Below are positions 60,815 to 64,000 of a stretch of 64,000 nucleotides of DNA, piece after piece. Below the pieces are notes generated by a model that did no database searches, was not told the DNA's origin, and worked only from the letters and a program-made list of their open reading frames with translations. Origin of the DNA: Isurus oxyrinchus (taxonomy: Eukaryota); contig JANJGN010000036.1 in assembly GCA_026770705.1 (NCBI GenBank), forward strand, positions 930,001 to 994,000, written 5' to 3'. The position numbers were made by a program, and so were the translations under genes. Position 1 is the stretch's first letter. Each line of letters begins with the position of its first letter.

Positions 60815-62024
60815 CTTGACGTGGTGAGTTCTCACTGTTTTCACTCTCACCAGTTTGATTTTGCAGAAGCAGTGGACGCAAGCTGACCTGAGCTCAGTCC
60901 CAGTCAGTTGCTCCCCTTTTAGCGGCAGTGTAATCTATGACGAGCCATGTTATGGAAAGCATGACACCATTTTAGGTGCAGGTGCTGGTGAATGCCACGT
61001 GCATTTGCTACATTATGATCAACGTTTGTGCGTCCAGTGGTCAAGTGGCAGAATGTGTTTAAAGAACTTGACTGCATTGATGATTGGTGTTCGGTGGAGG
61101 GGTGGCGGGTTGGCGTTGGAGGAAGGGGGTGCGGGGAGAGGTGGTGGTGCGGCTGGTGGGTGCAGCGGGAGGGTGCTCACACAATACTGATTTTATTGGT
61201 GGTTTTGATTGTCACAGGTAAAGTTTTATTCATTCCCTGGATCATCCTTAATTGCCTGTTGAGAAGGTGGTGGTGCTGCCTTCTGGAACTGCTGCAGACC
61301 ATGTGGTGTAGTTAAATCCACAGTGCTGTTAGGGAGGGAGTTCCAGGATTTTGAACCAGTGACAATTAAGGAACTTCAGTTATTTCCAAGTTAGGATGGC
61401 GTGTGTTTTGGGGGGTTGGGGGGAGGGGGTGGGTGGGGGGTGATTACAGTTGGTGTTGATCCCACATATCTGCAGTCCTTACACTTCTAGGACGCAGAAG
61501 TCGTAGGTTTGTAGGGTGAATGCCGGGAATTCTGAAAGCAGCTTCATAGCAATCAATGCAATCGATTCTGCAAAGTGGCTGTACAAGGTTCGTGATACAA
61601 TCTGCTTAACACGGAGAACAGAAAATATTGAAAGAAATGTCTGCGGTTTGATTTGGATTTTAAGTGAGCGGAGAAGAAGAGGAAATGAATGGTGGGTGGG
61701 AGAGAAAGATAAAACAGTTCCAAAATTTAGATTTGAATCAGTTATTTAAAGTTATTCACTTCATACAATTTCCATCTGTGTATCCCAGTGATTAAACCAG
61801 ATTTACCAGTGAATCAACTCGGAAAGTGCCCTTTGAAAGACAGGAATAAAATGGCGCAAAGGTCTGATTGCATGTGGTTTTTCGCTTTGGACTATTTTTT
61901 TTCCAAATAGGATTTTGCTTCTTCCCTATCGGGGAGGCAGGCTTCAGGAGAGAGGGTGTGTGGATGCAGGGTGGCCGTAGCACTATAACCTGAAGTAAAT
62001 ATTGTTTATTTTTCTCTTGCGCAG

Positions 62025-62769
62025 TTATTATGTCTCAGTCTATCTTGCCCCAGTGTCCACCGGTTCAGGCACTCTCTGCTGAGAGACGCGCTAAACTGAG
62101 CAGCCACACGGAGAGCTCAGCAGCTGGCTCCCTCTTCTGGTACAGACAGTGGGACCGAAATGACTTGAAGCTGGTTTACACAGTGAACAAGCACATCCCA
62201 TCAGAGGGATGGTTTTCCAGTGAAGTTTCTGAGAAAGCGGGTTATTATTCACTGCTCATTGCGGATACCCGGAGAGAGGATTCTGGAATGTACTACTGTG
62301 CAATCCACAATTACCGTAATGTGGCACGGATATTCGGAAATGGCTCCCAGTTAGTGAATACAGGTAAATTTCATCATTATTCCATTGTATTGGATATTGC
62401 TTCAGCAATTAAAAGTCATGGTTTCAGTTGCTAATGGGGTTTCTGTTTCATTTGCCAAATTTAGAGGGCTCCCCGACCATATTCCTCCTCATCCCGCCAG
62501 AACATGAGATTCCTTTGATGGAAAGGGTCCCGTTGTTGTGCTTGATCAGAGTCTTGTCTCTCGATTCCATTCCCGTCTGCTGGAATGTTTCCTAGAGGGA
62601 TACCGAAGGACAGACTGTTCATGGGACAATTGAGTCGGACGGGACCTATACCATCAGGAGTTACATGAGCCTCTCGGCAGAAACATGGAGCAGCGGCGCT
62701 CTCTGTTCTTGCGCTGCTCAAATCAACTCCATTGAAAATATTCTCATGAAAGTGTCGCATCGCAGAGAG
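62025..62769 (+). pseudogene. Type-2 VJ-C1 receptor pseudogene (copy C); remaining exons expected beyond the window
   Basis: VJ exon 62025-62363 has intact AG/GT (ORF 62030..62434). C1 exon 62465-62769 has an in-frame TAG at 62593-62595 and the same 1-nt deletion as copy A. Confidence 0.85.
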
Positions 62770-64000
62770 GTAGCTATTAAAAGTGACCGTTCACCCATCG
62801 ATTTAATGCTGATTAGAGTCTTTGTCAATGTTGTAAATTAGAATTGCCTATGTTTCCGTGTGTGTCCATGGATCTTCATTTTATCATTGACCTATCATAG
62901 ACCTGTCAATCTTTCAGAGTTTAGCTTTCTGGAATATTTACTCTATCTGTTCTCTCTGCCCCAGAGAGCTATCGGATGTTCAGTCACTGAGGAAGATCTT
63001 TGTACACAAAGGGAATAACGGATGTGGACAGTGCGGGAATGTAAAGTTGCTTTACAAGATTAGTTATTGTCTTACTGAATCTGCTTTGAGGGACCGAAGG
63101 TTCTCGTGCCCCTATTTATTGAGTTCCTGTGTCTAACTAGCAATATTGACATGGTTGTATTCTACCTGATAGTTTGCCAGTTTGTAAAATTGAACGGCGT
63201 GGTGACATTCCCAGTATACCTCTTTGTCTCATCATGCCTTTATACGATTATAGATTCATCTCTCTATCACTTTGTCATGTACAAAATTCCTGTCGGTCTC
63301 ACTTCAACAGTGAGGTACAAGATATTCCCTACATCTGTCTGCCTATCTGTTTATCTGTCTCTCCATCTTTCTCTCTCTGTCTTTCTGAGTCTCTCTTTCT
63401 CTTCTCTCTCTCTCTTTCTCTATACATCAATCTATTGCTACCCAAGAACAGTTTTATATATTTGCCCCATCTGTCTGTCTTTCTGACTCTCTGTCTCTCC
63501 TTCTCTCTCTGACTTCCTCCCTCTCTCCTGCCACTCTCTTTCTCTGTCTCTCTCTGCCACTCTCTTTCTGTTAGTCTGTCACTTTGTATCTGCCTCATTC
63601 TCTGTCTCTTTTGATTTATTTATTGATCTCTGTATATATCTACCTTTCTCTCTCTCTGATTAACTTATCCTTTTCTACGGTAGTTAAATGTTGCTGTATA
63701 AGACACCAATTCCATTTATCTACCTACTTATCTCTCTCTCGCTCTCTCCATAACTCTCTTTCACTCTCTCTTTCTCTGTCTCCCTCTTCCTCGCAGCCTC
63801 TTTCTCTTGCTCCCTGCCTCTCTCTGTCTCTATATCTCGTTGTCTCTTGCCATCCTATTCTCTCTCATTTAAACAGTTCTGTATAAGCTGTCAGTTCTTT
63901 CTATTACAGTAGCTTCATCTCACTCTCTCTCTCCCTCTATCTGTCTACCCAGCTCTCTATTTGCTCTTTCTGTACTCCAGACCCCTCTATTTCAATCCAG

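Larger units (their letters stand above)
55095..64000 (+). repeat. Segmental duplication unit 2 (runs off the window end)
   Basis: Collinear with 25308-34023; the window ends at ttcaatccag, matching 34014-34023. Confidence 0.95.

Overview
Vertebrate genomic DNA, almost certainly from a cartilaginous fish (shark-type CR1 LINEs, tRNA-derived SINEs sharing the CR1 3' end, a Gmr1-type Gypsy element). The window is an immune-receptor cluster shaped by repeated duplication and decay. Its core is a family of non-rearranging antigen-receptor-like genes: leader, one germline-joined VJ exon, one C1 exon, TM exon and Tyr-motif tail. There are two subtypes, arranged head-to-head across a conserved upstream block. 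The minus-strand 'type-1' genes lie at ~29.0-30.8 kb (pseudogene), 48.3-52.7 kb (possibly intact, TM arginine) and 58.9-60.8 kb (pseudogene). The plus-strand 'type-2' genes lie at 32.0-35.4 kb (ITIM tail), 40.3-42.1 kb and 62.0 kb onward, all damaged. An ~8.7 kb segmental duplication links ~25.3-34.0 kb to ~55.1-64.0 kb. Older, lower-confidence relics are interspersed: probable MHC W-category (class II-like) alpha1/beta1 exons head-to-head at 2.4-4.0 kb (beta copy again at 20.2 kb), an Ig-like plus two EDARADD-like death-domain relic at 24.5-27.1 kb, a SEA/EGF/TM relic at 46.3-48.25 kb, and weaker LRR-like and I-set-Ig/TM-like relics. All exon models were derived by hand from splice signals and phase arithmetic; no database search was possible.
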